This document shows, piece after piece, positions 48,926-61,372 of a DNA stretch of 64,000 bases. The notes beneath the pieces were generated by a model. That model worked only from the letters and a program-made list of their open reading frames with translations. It was not told where the DNA came from and made no database searches. Within the stretch, counting starts at the first letter, position 1. The number at the start of each line of letters is the position of its first letter. Source of the DNA: Camelus ferus (Eukaryota). The position numbers and the translations under genes were made by a program. The stretch spans positions 3,722,001 to 3,786,000 of the forward strand of contig NC_045698.1 of NCBI RefSeq assembly GCF_009834535.1, read 5' to 3'.

Positions 48926-50654
48926 TCACAATTTACAATTAGGTTTCAATGGAAGCTACCTAATTTTTGACAATTAGACAACATTTTTCCTCATAGAAAG
49001 GGGAAAATGTCAAAATCCTGGACTCTGGGATTTCACTTCTCACGAGATTTAGTTGTATTTCAATAAGACATACAGATGATGGGATGGGAAGTCAGAAACT
49101 TGTGGGGCCTTGCAGGGATGGGCCAGAGTTATCGCTTAAGGAAGTTTGAGTCTCGACTCCCCTGGAAGCGCCCTGCACCTTCGCTGTGGAGCAGCAGTCG
49201 GCTCCTCGCCTCCTTTCTCCTTGCTGTCCTGCATGAGGGGGTGCCAGAGAGCCTCACGCATTTCAGTGAACATTACCTTGACGCTGAACCTGTAGCTTAC
49301 CTGGCTTTCTTTCCTTAAAGTTTTACAGAAGGTATTGCATATATGCTTCTAAATCAGATTCTATAAACATTTGTGAGCCCCTGCTACGAGGAATGGGGTT
49401 TGTACTTTCTACTGGTGACAAAGATGACAGATATCTTCTTCTAAAACTCCCTGGGCAGGGTGGCTTCGGAGAAGAGCCGATGAGCACACTCCCTTTGGGG
49501 ACCTGCCTGGATTTTTGTGGCAATTAATTGATGGAAGCTTGAGTTCATCTTCTAGCCAGAGAGTTGGGGAGCCCAGGGCCTTGAGCAGCTGCTTCTCCCC
49601 TGCACAGTTGCCCCCCTGATGAGGGTGACTTTTCAGGCATCTTGCAGAGAAGATTAACTGCCAAGGTAATAAAGGCAACTGCTTTTAATCATTTTAATAA
49701 TTAATGCATTTATTGCAGCTCCTTGCTGCTTTTTGGGCTGAACATAATGAGCAGGAAGGAAGTAAGGGTCCCAGGGATCCCCGAGATCGTCACCTAAAGG
49801 TTAATTAACCTGGATATTATCTGGGCAATGACACCTGGCCCGCACTGGCGGGGGCCGTCACAAGGACGGCGCCAAGCACATGTCGAGCCTGCACACAGAG
49901 CAAGGTCATAGAGAGTGAGCACTTTAGATGATGGGATGTTGCCTTTGAAAGAATGTTAATGTAGATATTGATTTAACTCAAAGCTGAGCACATTCCATTT
50001 GGAAGCTTCTAGTAAATGAGAAATGGAAGAAAGGAGTTGCTGAGCAGAACTGCAAACTGAAGAGGTGTTTCTGTGCTGGAACTTGAATGAAAATAGATTT
50101 ACTGTCAGTTTACACAGTGGTTGGGGTTCGTGTCTGCCGTCTGCAGCCACTCCAGGGCAAGGGGCTCTCTTCAAATAAAGCCATTGACAGACCTCGAAAG
50201 CGCGTCCTTCCCACAAGCTGGTGGAGCTTCCAAACGGGTGTGTTTGTCTGCGGTGTTGCTGAAGGTCCAGGTTCAGGTTTCAGAAGGTGGAGCATCCCAG
50301 CGCCACAAGAGCACCTTGCGCTGTTTATCCTCAGTGGTGCTGAAGTTCTCCTGGTCCACTTGAGAAGCTCGGGAAGAGAGTGAGCCTTGCATTTCTGGGC
50401 CCCCTCATTGGACCCATTGGACTAAAATTGTGGTGCATAACAGGGTTAGGAAGGGAAGAAACAGCAGCATGCCCCCCACTAGCCAATGAGAGTGAAAACC
50501 AGGATGGGGCACAATTTAGGAACACGCGCAGTGAAATTCTTCAAGATAAGCACGTGCTTATTAAGCTCAGAAATCATGCTTATAAAACATCATCCTAGAG
50601 GAATAATCACAGATATGCAAGGGTGTTTGGCCATAAAGATGCTCGTTTTATGAA

Positions 50655-50789
50655 TTTTTTTTAATATTTTATTTTTGGTGGGGGGAGGTAATTAGGTCTA
50701 TTTATATTTTTAGAGGAAGTACTGGGGATTGAACCCAGGACCTTGTGCATACTAAGCATGCACTCTACCATTTGAGCTACACCCTCCCC
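50655..50789 (-). mobile_element. Camelid tRNA-derived SINE (vic-1 type)
   Basis: ggggggaggtaattagg...gtactggggattgaacccaggaccttgtgcatactaagcatgcactctaccatttgagctacaccctcccc; diverged TSD gctcgttttatgaatttt / gttcattgtatgagtttt. Confidence 0.9.
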
Positions 50790-50846
50790 AGTTCATTGTA
50801 TGAGTTTTTAGTAAAACATTGGAAACAGCTATGATTTTAGGATTTT

Positions 50847-51610
50847 TGTAGGAAAACCTGCCAAATGTACAGGTTTCTACACCAAGCAATCCTCCAGTTC
50901 TCTGTAGACACCAACCTACGATCTGATTCAGTTCTGACACCAGTTACTCAGACTCAGCACAGACCCTGCTGGTCAAGGGTTCAGGCTCACGAGGCTGCTC
51001 CCCCTCCACCTCAGATACACTTGCAAGTCCCGAGATGTCACCTGTATTCTGACCAACTAGCTAGAAGTCGGGGGTCCCCCAGCCCCCTCTTTAGGTTTGG
51101 GAATTTGCTATACAGGCTCACAGAATGCAGGGAAAGACTTTACTGATGTTTGTCCATTTATTGTGAAGGACAGAATTGAGGGTACAAGCAAACAGCCAGG
51201 TGAGGAGGTGCACAGGGTGAGGCCCTGGGGGCCCGAGCACGGGAGCTGCTGTCTCCATGGAGCTGGGGTGCGCCACCCTCCTGGCATGTGGCTGCCTTCA
51301 CCCACCCGGAAGCTCTCTGAGCCTCATCATCCAGTGGTTTTCTAAAAAGGAGGCTTCATCCTGTAAGCATGATTGATTACTCACTCAGCCTCCAGCCCCT
51401 CTCCTGGAGAACGGGGGTGGGTGGCGGGGCTTCTAATCAAAGTTTGGTCTTTCTGGTGCCCTGAAGCTATCCAGGGGCTCACCAAGAATCACCTCATTAG
51501 AGCAAACGAAGCTTCTACCACTCATGAAATGACAAGGGTTCTAGAAGCTCTGTGCCAGGAACTGGAGATGAAGACCAGATCCATATTTCAAACTAGGCCA
51601 CCGTGTCACA
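50847..51610 (-). mobile_element. MER21-family LTR, near full length
   Basis: caccaagcaatcctccagttctctgtagacaccaac...tctgaccaactagctagaagtcgggggtcccc...ggagctggggtgcgccaccctcctggcatgtgg...gctctgtgccaggaactggagatgaagaccag. Confidence 0.85.
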
Positions 51611-51624
51611 ACAGCCTAGTGCGT

Positions 51625-51760
51625 ATTATCTGTGTGACGCTGAGTCACCCGGTGCCTCAGTTTCCCCACTTGCAACTTGCTAGTGTTGCTCTGAGCTTTA
51701 AATGAAGTGATGCCTGTGAAGTGCCAAGAATGATGCCAACCCCCACAGGAAGGTTATTAT
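51625..51760 (+). mobile_element. MIR SINE fragment
   Basis: ctgtgtgacgctgagtcac...gtgcctcagtttccccacttgcaa...ttaaatgaagtgatgcctgtgaagtgcc. Confidence 0.65.
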
Positions 51761-52041
51761 CACTGCTGCTGGTGTGACTGGGTAGTCAGAGGTGACACAG
51801 TGACCAAGGGCTGAGTTATTAAAGTGTTGCTGATCCTTTGCTGAATAAATAGGTGCTCACAGTTTAAGTGGAAAGATTGAGTAATTTGATACGATTCTAT
51901 TATCAGATGAAGTTATGCTAATATATGTATATATCATACATGCCTGTATTATATATAAAGAGAACCAATGCAACATTTTATTTATTCATCTTCATGTATA
52001 TATTGCATACTTTACATATGATATGTATACGTGTATATACA

Positions 52042-52045
<4 letters not shown>

Positions 52046-52074
<29 letters not shown>
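52046..52074. repeat. (TG)n microsatellite, ~14 units
   Basis: Directly visible. Confidence 0.95.
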
Positions 52075-52077
<3 letters not shown>

Positions 52078-53599
52078 AAAACTAAACCAATACACAGTTA
52101 GCAGTGGTCCTTTCTGGGTATGAAAAATAGAAGTGATTTTAAATTTAGTCTATGTACTTGCCATAGCTTCCAAATTTTCTATGGTGAGAATACACAATAA
52201 TTTTCCTTGAGAAAATGTTCTTTAAAATAATATTATTTAATTTAACTCAACATCAGATTCTGAAACTGAGAGTTTAGGATTGAAACTAAAATCTATGTAT
52301 TGTGAGAGAATACTGCTCACGTATTTATCATAAACATATAGCCTAAGTTTTGATGTTATTTGCCTCTAACGATGTCATCAGACTGAAGACAGGAGAGTGA
52401 ACATGTTGGAAAAACAGGCATCAGCCTCTCAGAGAGCTGGGTTAGGAGTTGGTATGTAGGTTCCTAACTTGCTCAATATAGTGAGCACATGTGTGCACGT
52501 CCCACTGTGGGCACCGCTGGTTCTCAGGACCGAGTGGCAGTCCTGCAGTCCCAGAGGGCAGTGTGGCACGTCTGGGGGGCAATGGGGTGCGGTCTGGGTG
52601 AGAAGGAGTGTGATGTGGTGTGATCCTTGTTGTGGGTGTTTTGGGCCCTCTGACAGTAGCTTCTTGGTGGTTGAGATAAGTCAGACAACACAGAAAGACA
52701 CGAATGAAGGAAAGTGAGATACTTAGCACCACTTTTCAAATTATTCATAAAGCATTGATTCATAAAGCGATAATAAAAGACTTTGTTAATATTTTTTTTC
52801 TTAAAATTCACTATGTAGTGTTCAAGGTGCCCAAGGCTATTTCTTTATTTAAAAACAAAAGCAACGTCTGAATGGGATGTAAAGTTTAGAAATGCTAATG
52901 GTTTTTCTCTAAGCTGACCACAGAAGACAGCCTTAATTTATCAGGATGGGTGAGGAGTGGCAGCAAGTAGAATGCGATACAGGAAATAGGAGTGTAAACA
53001 AAAATTTAGCAAAATTGGCTTCCTTGTTGGTTTCATTCTCACTAGACACAGGTCTTAAATAAAGATAGTAAAGTAAGAATAGATTTTCCCACCTCTTCAC
53101 TTATGCTAAATAATCACATCCTTAACTTATGGTCACGTGAACAAGATGTAATGAGAGTCAATGAGAAGAGAATCAATGGGTTTGTAAGAATCACTTTATA
53201 AAACCTTCCCTGCAAAAAACCCACCGCCTTTGAGATCTCCCAAAGGATCTCAGTTCTAAAGAGAAAAAACTGACAGGTGTAGAACCCCAAAGCACTCAAC
53301 CGCTTTTCGCAAAGCAGGTTGCTTTTGCTGAACAAGGGGCACTACTCTGACCAAAGCAGGTTCTTGGCATGGAAATAGTTAATACACTGAGCTTTTATTT
53401 TCCTGTCGTCTCGAATTTGGAAGAGATCATCCTTCAGTGTAAATATTTAAATGCATTTACTTTTCTCATGAATTCCTTGTGATTGTAAATGTTGTAGAAC
53501 TAATAAATGTTTTGAAATTCTCTTTGGGCTCAGTCTGGCTTAAGAGAGATGGAGTCATGGGCCTCTTCCCAGCTCTCACTGGCGGCAACCTCTGTGTGG

Positions 53600-54010
53600 C
53601 ACGTGAGGAGTCAGCCTCCCCTTTCTGTTTCAACTCTCTCGTCCTTGGTTTCTGTATCATGAACTCCTTGGATTTTCCTTCCCCACCTCTGCTGGTCCTT
53701 CTCAGGCTTGTCTCCCATCCTGTTCCTCACGGCGAGGTCTTCTCTAGGAATCGGCGTCTGAGCTTCTTGTCTTCTCCCTGACACCTCATTTCATTTAATG
53801 CAGTCAGCTCTCACCTGTGTGGATGTATCTCAGTTCCTGGTTTCTGGCCCCAGTCTTTCTCCCCAGCTCCAGGTCTGAGTTCATCTTATCTAGTGAACAC
53901 CACCCGATTCCCACCAGTATCTTCAGCCTCACCAACCAAAATAGAACCTATCCATTCTTCTCATCTCCATTCTTCCTTATTCATCTGTTTGTGTCAATGC
54001 AAACATCCTC
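53600..54010 (+). mobile_element. LINE L2 fragment
   Basis: Pyrimidine-rich: ctctcacctgtgtggatg...ccccagtctttctccccagctccaggtctgag...caaccaaaatagaacct. Confidence 0.55.
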
Positions 54011-55429
54011 TGATCCTCCAGAGTGTTACTAGTCACATTGGTAATTGTTATGCCTTTACTGAATACTTACTATGGTGCAAGCATTGGGCTAAGAACTCGG
54101 GTTACCTGCTCCTCAAGCATGTGCTGGCAAACACATTCTACAGCTTCTTATTTGTATTTGTGTAGGAGAGAATTCTATCAAATTTCCTATCATGTTACTT
54201 TGTGATTAAAAGTCTCCACTTTCCATTATTGACAATTAAATTCCAGATACCTTGGCCTCAGGTGCTAGCTACTTCGTCCCCTCCTCTCGCACTTCACCTT
54301 TCTGCTTAATCCCTGCTCTGCTCAAATTAAATGGCCTGTTATTCTGAGCCACGTAGGAGCCCATCTCTGAGATCTGACTCAGTTTTCTTGTTTTGCCCAA
54401 AATCTTTGTCCGTTCCATCTGTACGTCTCCATCCTTCTTATTAATCAATGCATCAAAAGGCATTTCTAGAAACTACTCACTGATCTTTGCAACCAAGTCT
54501 CATGTCATCTTGCACGCTATGTTCTTGGAAGCATCATATCACTTGCCAGCATCTTCTTGGCGTCGAGGAGATTCTCTTGTCTACTTAGAGAAAAGCTACT
54601 CGAGAGCAGAGTCCATGCCTAACTTGTGTTTGTGTTATTGGAGGGAGGGTTATCTCCACTCAAGGATTTCCTCAGTGAGTAGCACTGAGAAATGATTAGA
54701 TTAATGCTGTACTTAGCTCAGCAGTCTTATCAGTTAAGTATCTCAGGTCTTCCAAGATCAGACACTGAATTATACAGAATGAACAGTTTAAAAATAATGC
54801 ATTCTATTTCAGGAAGGTACTTTTGATTAAATTGTGGGGTTTATGTTTGGGGTGCGAACTAACAATGTCCACTGATACCTTTTAATCATGCCTCACTGGT
54901 GTTTAAAATTAGAGAAAAATTGGAAAACAAATGGCGCTGGTGTTCCTCCCTGAGAACCAGCATTCCCTCAGTGACTCCACCCCCTGTGTTAGGATTTTGA
55001 GGCTGGTCTCCATCTCTAACCCTGACATTGTCTAACGATGCTCAGTGTTGATCTTGACCAAGACCTGGGATCGTCCATGGACTGTGCCTGATTTCATAAA
55101 TAAAATACAAAACTGCAGTTCTCACTGTTGTCATTAACCCGGTACTTCTTTTAATGATAAGAAGTGAGGGATGTGAGGGAACTTTATTAGCATTCAAAAG
55201 AAGAAAATCTTGGCATTGTGATTTAATGAACTTTGTGGAGCTATTGCTCTGAGCATTGTTGCAAAGATGATGTGAAACCTGGAAGTTTGCAGCCAATCTG
55301 AATATATTAAGTCCATTGAACACTTGTTCAATACATAGAGCTATATGTTTATCCATTAGGACAAAACTATTGATGATATGGATGACAATGTGTTTTGTGG
55401 TTAAGACCACAGCTGTGGAGTTCAGTGCA

Positions 55430-55610
55430 TGAGACTGCTGCAGTTTCCTTGCTTTGCTGTCTCATCTCTCTCATCTGCAAAAAAAAAAAAAAAAGAACAT
55501 TAGCATCTATCTATCTATCTTGGCAGGTTGTTGTGATAATTTAAGGAAATGGTAAATAGCCAGTATGTAGCCCTGTGCCTGCATATAGTAGGCACTGAAG
55601 AAATAAATGA
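55430..55610 (+). mobile_element. MIR SINE fragment
   Basis: ctcatctgcaaaa...ggcaggttgttgtgataatttaagg...gtgcctgcatatagtaggcactgaagaaat. Confidence 0.65.
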
Positions 55611-55649
55611 GGAAATAATGAAAAGAAAATATAATGATTGGGAGGGTCA

Positions 55650-56465
55650 TAGGTGAAATCATGTGAGTTTCAGGCGGAGGGGTTACACATTACCTGGCAG
55701 ACAATGAGCAGTCATTCATGGTTGTTCAGCAGAGGGTGACTTGTTCAAAGCAGGATTCTATGATGATTAATCTTGTAATAGTAAGAAAAAGTGAACTGGA
55801 GGAAAAGAGGATAGAGACAGGACATAACTGCAAAAGTTCATGCATGAGTAATGAATATGGCAGTGCAAATCAAAACAAAATGCAGATAGAAGAGGCTTTA
55901 AAAGAGGAGACCTAAAAATCGCCTGGTGAAAATATAAAAGGGAGTTATTTAAGGAAACTCTTTCAATTAGGAGACTGAAAAACAGTGGAGAATAGAAATA
56001 TTTGGAGGTAGAGTTAATTGGGGAAATTCTAAGTTCAACTTCAGAGCCTGTTGAGCTAGACATGATTAAGCAACGTCACTGGGGGGTGAACAGTAGAAAG
56101 TGGGGAGCAGGGACTAGTGATTAGGAGAGACTCCGAGGAAGATGTTCAGATCTACGTTTGGGGTCCATGGTTGCAGCCATATGAGTGAATGGGAACTCCG
56201 AGAGAAATGAGGAGAGAGGAAGGCAGAGGCTAAGAATTCCTTGACAGCAGTGACGTGGAGGGGAACCCAGAGGGGGAGAACCGCAAGAAAGGAGGTTCTG
56301 CCCGGGAGCGTTAAGGCTCTGAAGAGAGGCTCAGAGGTGAAGACCAAGGACAGGCCACTGGATTGGTCAAAGGAAGGACTGACAGCTTCAGTGACATTCT
56401 CAGTCGAGTCCTAGCGGTCGTGAAATTAAACTTCAAATCATGCCAGGTTGAGGAGAGAGACTGAG
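55650..56465 (-). mobile_element. LINE L2 fragment
   Basis: aagttcaacttcagagcctgttgagctag...gatgttcagatctacgtttggggtcc...tgaagaccaaggacaggccactggattgg. Confidence 0.6.
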
Positions 56466-58669
56466 AGGCTTGGAGCTGTCCAGGTGCTGACCTGGTCTCC
56501 AACTGCTTACGTTTATGGGCATTAATGTTTTGTTTTGTTTTGTTTTTTTGTTTTGTAGTTATGGTGGTTGGTTCTTTCACAAAGCTTGATCTTTGTGACT
56601 TTGAAATAAATACCAAGTGGTAGACTTTTTTTTTAAAAAGCACCTATTGGAAGACTCAGTGCTCTGCTAATGTTTTAAGTGAGAATATAGGTTGGGCTCT
56701 ATTATCCTTTGGGAAAACTGAGCTTGGAACTAGTTCTCCCACCTGCGCTACACTTGGATGAAGCTTTATAACTGGATTTTAAAAGAGGATATCTTATGAG
56801 ATGTGAGGTTTTTTTAAAACAGTAAGCCCATAAGAGCAAATCACACTTTTTTAGAATTTAGTTTAGTCAAGAGATTAACGACTGTGCTGTATTAAGATTT
56901 GGTCTCTCTTTTTCTCTGAATTGTGATTGCATCTGTCCCTAGAGACAGTGCTCTCCCCTCCCAGATCCAGGAAACCCCCAGGCTTCTCACACTCTTGTTT
57001 ATCTTAGTTATGGAGCACTTGCATCTTTGAAAACTGGTCAATAATCTGGATTCATAAGAGCACTGGCAGTAGGGGGTGCTATAACCCAGCGATAACTTAT
57101 ATTCTTTTGCTACTTTATAGTGATATTCCTATACTCCTCCTATATGTGAAGAAGCTAAAATGAGATAAACACCAGAAAGGATAGTGATATCCGTGATTAT
57201 CTTCCCTCCAACAAAACTGGGATCCAGTACAGTTTAGTAGTTGAAGACTTATGATGCACCTTTCCTCATCAAAAGGCCAAGTGGATGTGGGTGCAATCAG
57301 AAGGGCTGGAGCCCAGAGAGTGGAAGTGAGGGGGTGTTCAGAAGACTGCAGTTTTATTTAAAGTGCTCATTGTCTGCAGCACAGTTATGAGCCTCCCAGC
57401 TGATCTCCCATGGGAAGGTGTGTCTGGCTTGCTGAAATTAGTGGAGGGGGTTGTTAAAAAAATAAAACCTCAAACAACTATCTGATGTGGCCTTGTAGTG
57501 TTTTATTCACATGCTAGGTGATCAGTGGACAGTTCCTAATTGGCCTAAAATATCCAGATAAGAGAAGGATAAACTGGAGACAGCATTCATGTCAGGCTGT
57601 GAAGGTCAGATCACAGAAAACATTCATGCAAAAACAGAGGAGGATAGCAAGGAGTGAGCAAGTGGAATACCATGTACACATGGGACTTCATGCTCTGCTC
57701 TCTGCTGACCTTTTTACTTCATTTCCTACTGGTTTCCCAGAGGCATCTGGAGTTCCAAACATCCTAAAATTTGGGATTTCTTCCTATGAATAGAGTTTGC
57801 TCTTACTAGTTAGATGGAAATTTCCTATTTGTTTTATTGTATTGCCATTACAAGGGATAAATAGGTCACCAAGCTTTGCCCACACTTACTAAGTTTTCAC
57901 CCTGTGCTTCTGGCATCCTTCTAATGTGATTATTGTGCAAAGATCCAGACAAATTACTGTGTCCTCTAAAGCTCCTTGTGTTGTGCTTGCCAGCCACATG
58001 CCAAGAAGCAACACCTTCTATCACAAATGACATTATCCAGTGTCACATTTCGCCTTGTCTCTGAAGACACAGTGGTTGAGTATCTGCTTCATCATGGGGA
58101 AGATAAGAGCCAGGCCACCATGTCCTGTTACCATGCTCACTGCAGGGTGCTTTCAGATGCATGAGGGGCCATGCAGATGGTTGGAATCTCAGGGCCAGCC
58201 AGGGGATGTCCAGGTGGTGTGTCATGTCCATTGGCTGCATCTCAGACTTTTGGTACTAAGCACAGAGTGATGCTGAGAGCAGGCAGGCAAAGCCATCTGT
58301 GTGAATTCTGCTTCCAGCAGCTTGCAAGACATGGGTAGCTAAGTGTGATTGGGGGTGGGGGGGGGTCCTTCTCCACAGAGACCTTATCCTGCCAAAGAAG
58401 GGGGGTGGATATTTTGGTGGTAGGACTGTAATTAAGCAGACATTTACATGGTTGTTGGAGGAGTAGGCCTTGGGAACTTAGCTGGCTTCCCTCTCTATGG
58501 ACCCTGACCTTCACTTGTCCCATGGGCTCCAGGTCTGCATGCTTCTTTCTGGCCATGACCCTGGTGAGCAAGTGGAGCTGAGTGACGCCAGCTGGGCAGC
58601 TCTTTGGGCATACAGACTTCTGTCCAGCTCTCTCCTCACCCTGGGCAGGTGAGGGAGCATGGTTGTCCA

Positions 58670-58845
58670 ACTCTCAGATTGTAGAAGGACCTGTCTTGGT
58701 TCTGTTCCTTCCTGGCTGTGTCACCCTGGACAAATTAACCTCTCAAGTTTTCTGTTTCCTCACCTGCCATCTGAGAATAATTCTACCACTATCTTGGTCA
58801 TGGTACAGGGGTAATAAGGTGACCCATGTAGAGATGCTTATCCAT
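58670..58845 (+). mobile_element. MIR SINE
   Basis: cttcctggctgtgtcaccctggacaaattaacctctcaagttttctgtttcctcacctgccatctgagaataat. Confidence 0.75.
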
Positions 58846-59169
58846 CATTTACTATTAAAGAGATGTTGTGTCCTTCAACTGTCCTTCATCTGCTACTCAC
58901 TGTTCCATTCTCACTGTCCAGTGGACTATTTTTTAACCTATGTAAAGAAAGCTCTAATACCTGGCTGTTTAACCTTACTCAATTCTCATCCTTCTTGACA
59001 GTAGCTACCTCAAATGCAAGACGTCCCCTCGCCCAAATAATTAATCCCCGAATGTCAATTCAGTGTAACCGCTGAAATGCAAATTACTACTTTTACCAGC
59101 TTGCAGTTTCAATCACATCAGTGTTTTTTTTCCCCTTTTGAATTAGAGAAGCTCAAAAAGAACACATTT

Positions 59170-59330
59170 TCACCACACAAAAATAAATGGTAATTATGTG
59201 GCATGGTGGGAGGGTTAGCTAACACTATAGTGTAATCATTTTGCAATATGTAAACGTATCAAATCAACATATTGTACACTTTAAACTTACACAATGCTAT
59301 ATGTCACTTCTATCTCCATGAAGCTGGGAA
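59170..59330 (+). mobile_element. L1MA9/10-type extreme 3' end with 9-bp TSD
   Basis: ggtaattatgtgg...aatcattttgcaatatgtaaacgtatcaaatcaacatattgtacactttaaacttacacaatg; TSD aacacattt at 59161-59169 and 59331-59339. Confidence 0.85.
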
Positions 59331-59494
59331 AACACATTTCTGACTATTGCTCGCAAGTCTTCTTTGAACGAAAATTAAAAAAAGATTCTCAATAGACTAA
59401 AGAAGGAATTCAGAGAATAGTGGATTCTTAAAACGGAAAGAGATCCAATAGGCCACATGGTTTACTGTCCAGGAGAAGCAGGAATCCTCGAGGC

Positions 59495-59625
59495 CACGGG
59501 TCTTGATCTTGTCTGGATGTGAGAATCACCAGGGAAACCGTTAGAAATCCCAGTGCCCAGGCTGTACCCCAGACCCACTAAATCAGAGCAGCAGTATTTT
59601 ATGACTCAGATGGTCCCTGGCAATT
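59495..59625. mobile_element. MER5A-like hAT fragment
   Basis: gagaatcaccagggaaac...aaatcccagtgcccaggctgtaccccagacccactaaatcagag. Confidence 0.65.
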
Positions 59626-59719
59626 TAGAGATGTCTCTGTGGATAGTGACTCCATCCTTGACGCAGGATTCCACTGGTGAGCAACTCACCACCTTGTGAG
59701 TTTGCTGATTACTTGATTA

Positions 59720-60074
59720 GTATCTTAGCTTGGGCTTTTATAACAAAACATCATAAGCTGGGTGACTTACAATCGGCAGACATTCAGTTCTCACACTTCT
59801 GGAGGCAAAAAGCCAGAGATCAGGGTGCCAGCACTGTCGGGTTCTGGTGAGAGCTCTCTTCCAGGAAGTCAGCTGCCTTTCCACTGCATCCTCACATGGT
59901 GGAAAGAACGCTAGCTCACTCTCTGGCCTCGTCTTATAAAGGGAACTGACCTCATTCATGAGGGCTCCACCCTCACGACCTACTTACTTCCCAAAGGCTC
60001 CACTTCCAAAGACCATCACACTGAAGATTAGAATTCAACATGTGAATTTGGGGAGGACACATTCAGCCCGAAAC
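59720..60074 (-). mobile_element. MaLR LTR (MLT1A0-like)
   Basis: atcagggtgccagcactgtcgggttctggtgagagctctcttcc...cattcatgagggctccaccctcacgacct...ttcaacatgtgaatttggggaggacacattcag. Confidence 0.88.
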
Positions 60075-60149
60075 AGTCAACAAACCACAGAGATTACTGG
60101 TGCGTGGGGAGGCATGCAGTCAATACACCGGGTGAGTCGCACCGAGAGG

Positions 60150-60345
60150 TCACCCCCGGCTCTGGCCAGTTGGTGCTGTGTGGAAATGCAGACTAAGCGT
60201 TGCCAGATATTTTGCTTATGGAGAAAATCCGGAAATGCAGATGTTAATGCCCTTGGTTTTAAATATGTGCAAGTAATTGAAAGATTAAAAGCTCAGGGTG
60301 AGAAAAATGCACTTTGCTCACTGGTTGTTGAGTTTGTAACCTCAG
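60150..60345 (-). mobile_element. MER103C-like hAT-Charlie element
   Basis: gtgtggaaatgcagactaagcgttgccagatatt...gagaaaatccggaaatgcagat...gtttgtaacctc. Confidence 0.6.
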
Positions 60346-61232
60346 CTCTGCAAGACTGAGTGTCCCGCTAAGAAATCCCGGGACAGCAAGGGCCCTGGTG
60401 CTGTCTGCAGAAAAGATGGCTGGGGAGGGTGGTGTACACAAGGACGATGGAGTGAAGATGCTGGAAATGGAGTCAGGAGGAGAGAGAACCACCAGGCCCT
60501 GAGAGTGGAGGAAAAGGGTTGCTGACACGTGCCAACCTTTGCACTCTTTTGGTGTGTCTATGTTTTCCCTCCTTGCCAATGACATCTGATTGGAAAGACT
60601 AAAACACTTACTACCAAAAATCCTACTGTGACGTCCCCCTTGCTCTGATCCCCCAGAGCCACCACACACTAAGGAAATTGGAGGTTCCCCATGATCATAG
60701 GAAAGGCAGATGCCTTCCACTTATGCTGACCTGGGAGGGGGCTTGTGGGCTGCGATTTGAGGTGGGAGTGGGAGGCAGGAGGGGACCTGGAGGACAGGAA
60801 TGGACCATAGTCAGTTGGTGTTTGAAGTTCTTCAACCAGAGGTCACTTCCTTTGGCTTATCTAGAGGGGTCTCTGGTCTGGACTCTGAGAATGCCAATGA
60901 TTCAGAACATTAATCCTTCCCAGGTTAAAAAGAAGAGTAAGATTGGGGCAGAGCTGAATGCTGGCTTTGTCATAGGTGTGCAGGTAACAGCGCCGGGGGT
61001 GGCCACAGAACTCGGGAAAGTGATGTCACCAGGAGAGCGGGAGAGCCCTAAAGCCGGTGTCCAAGGACCAAAGGGGGGAGAAAAGCCTAGGGGGTCGTCT
61101 GGCGTCAGAGGTGGGAGGAGGAGGTCAGAGGTTGGGCAGTCGGGAGAGGCCACACATGCATAAGTGGCCATTGGTTTGGCTATTCCTGGGGCATCTTAAA
61201 TATTCAACAGTTAAAGTCAAAACGTTAATCCT

Positions 61233-61372
61233 TGAGGGGCAGAGATGTGCCGAGCAAACACGAGGTCCTGGGTTCAATGCCCAGTACTTCCATTAAAAAA
61301 AAACCAATTATTTACCACCCCCAATATACAGTGCTGTATGCCAATCATATCTCAATAAAACTGGAAGGGAAT
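61233..61372 (+). mobile_element. 5'-truncated camelid SINE joined to an L1 3'-terminal fragment
   Basis: cacgaggtcctgggttcaatgcccagtacttccattaaaa...ccaattatttaccaccccc followed by gctgtatgccaatcatatctcaataaaactggaa. Confidence 0.8.
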
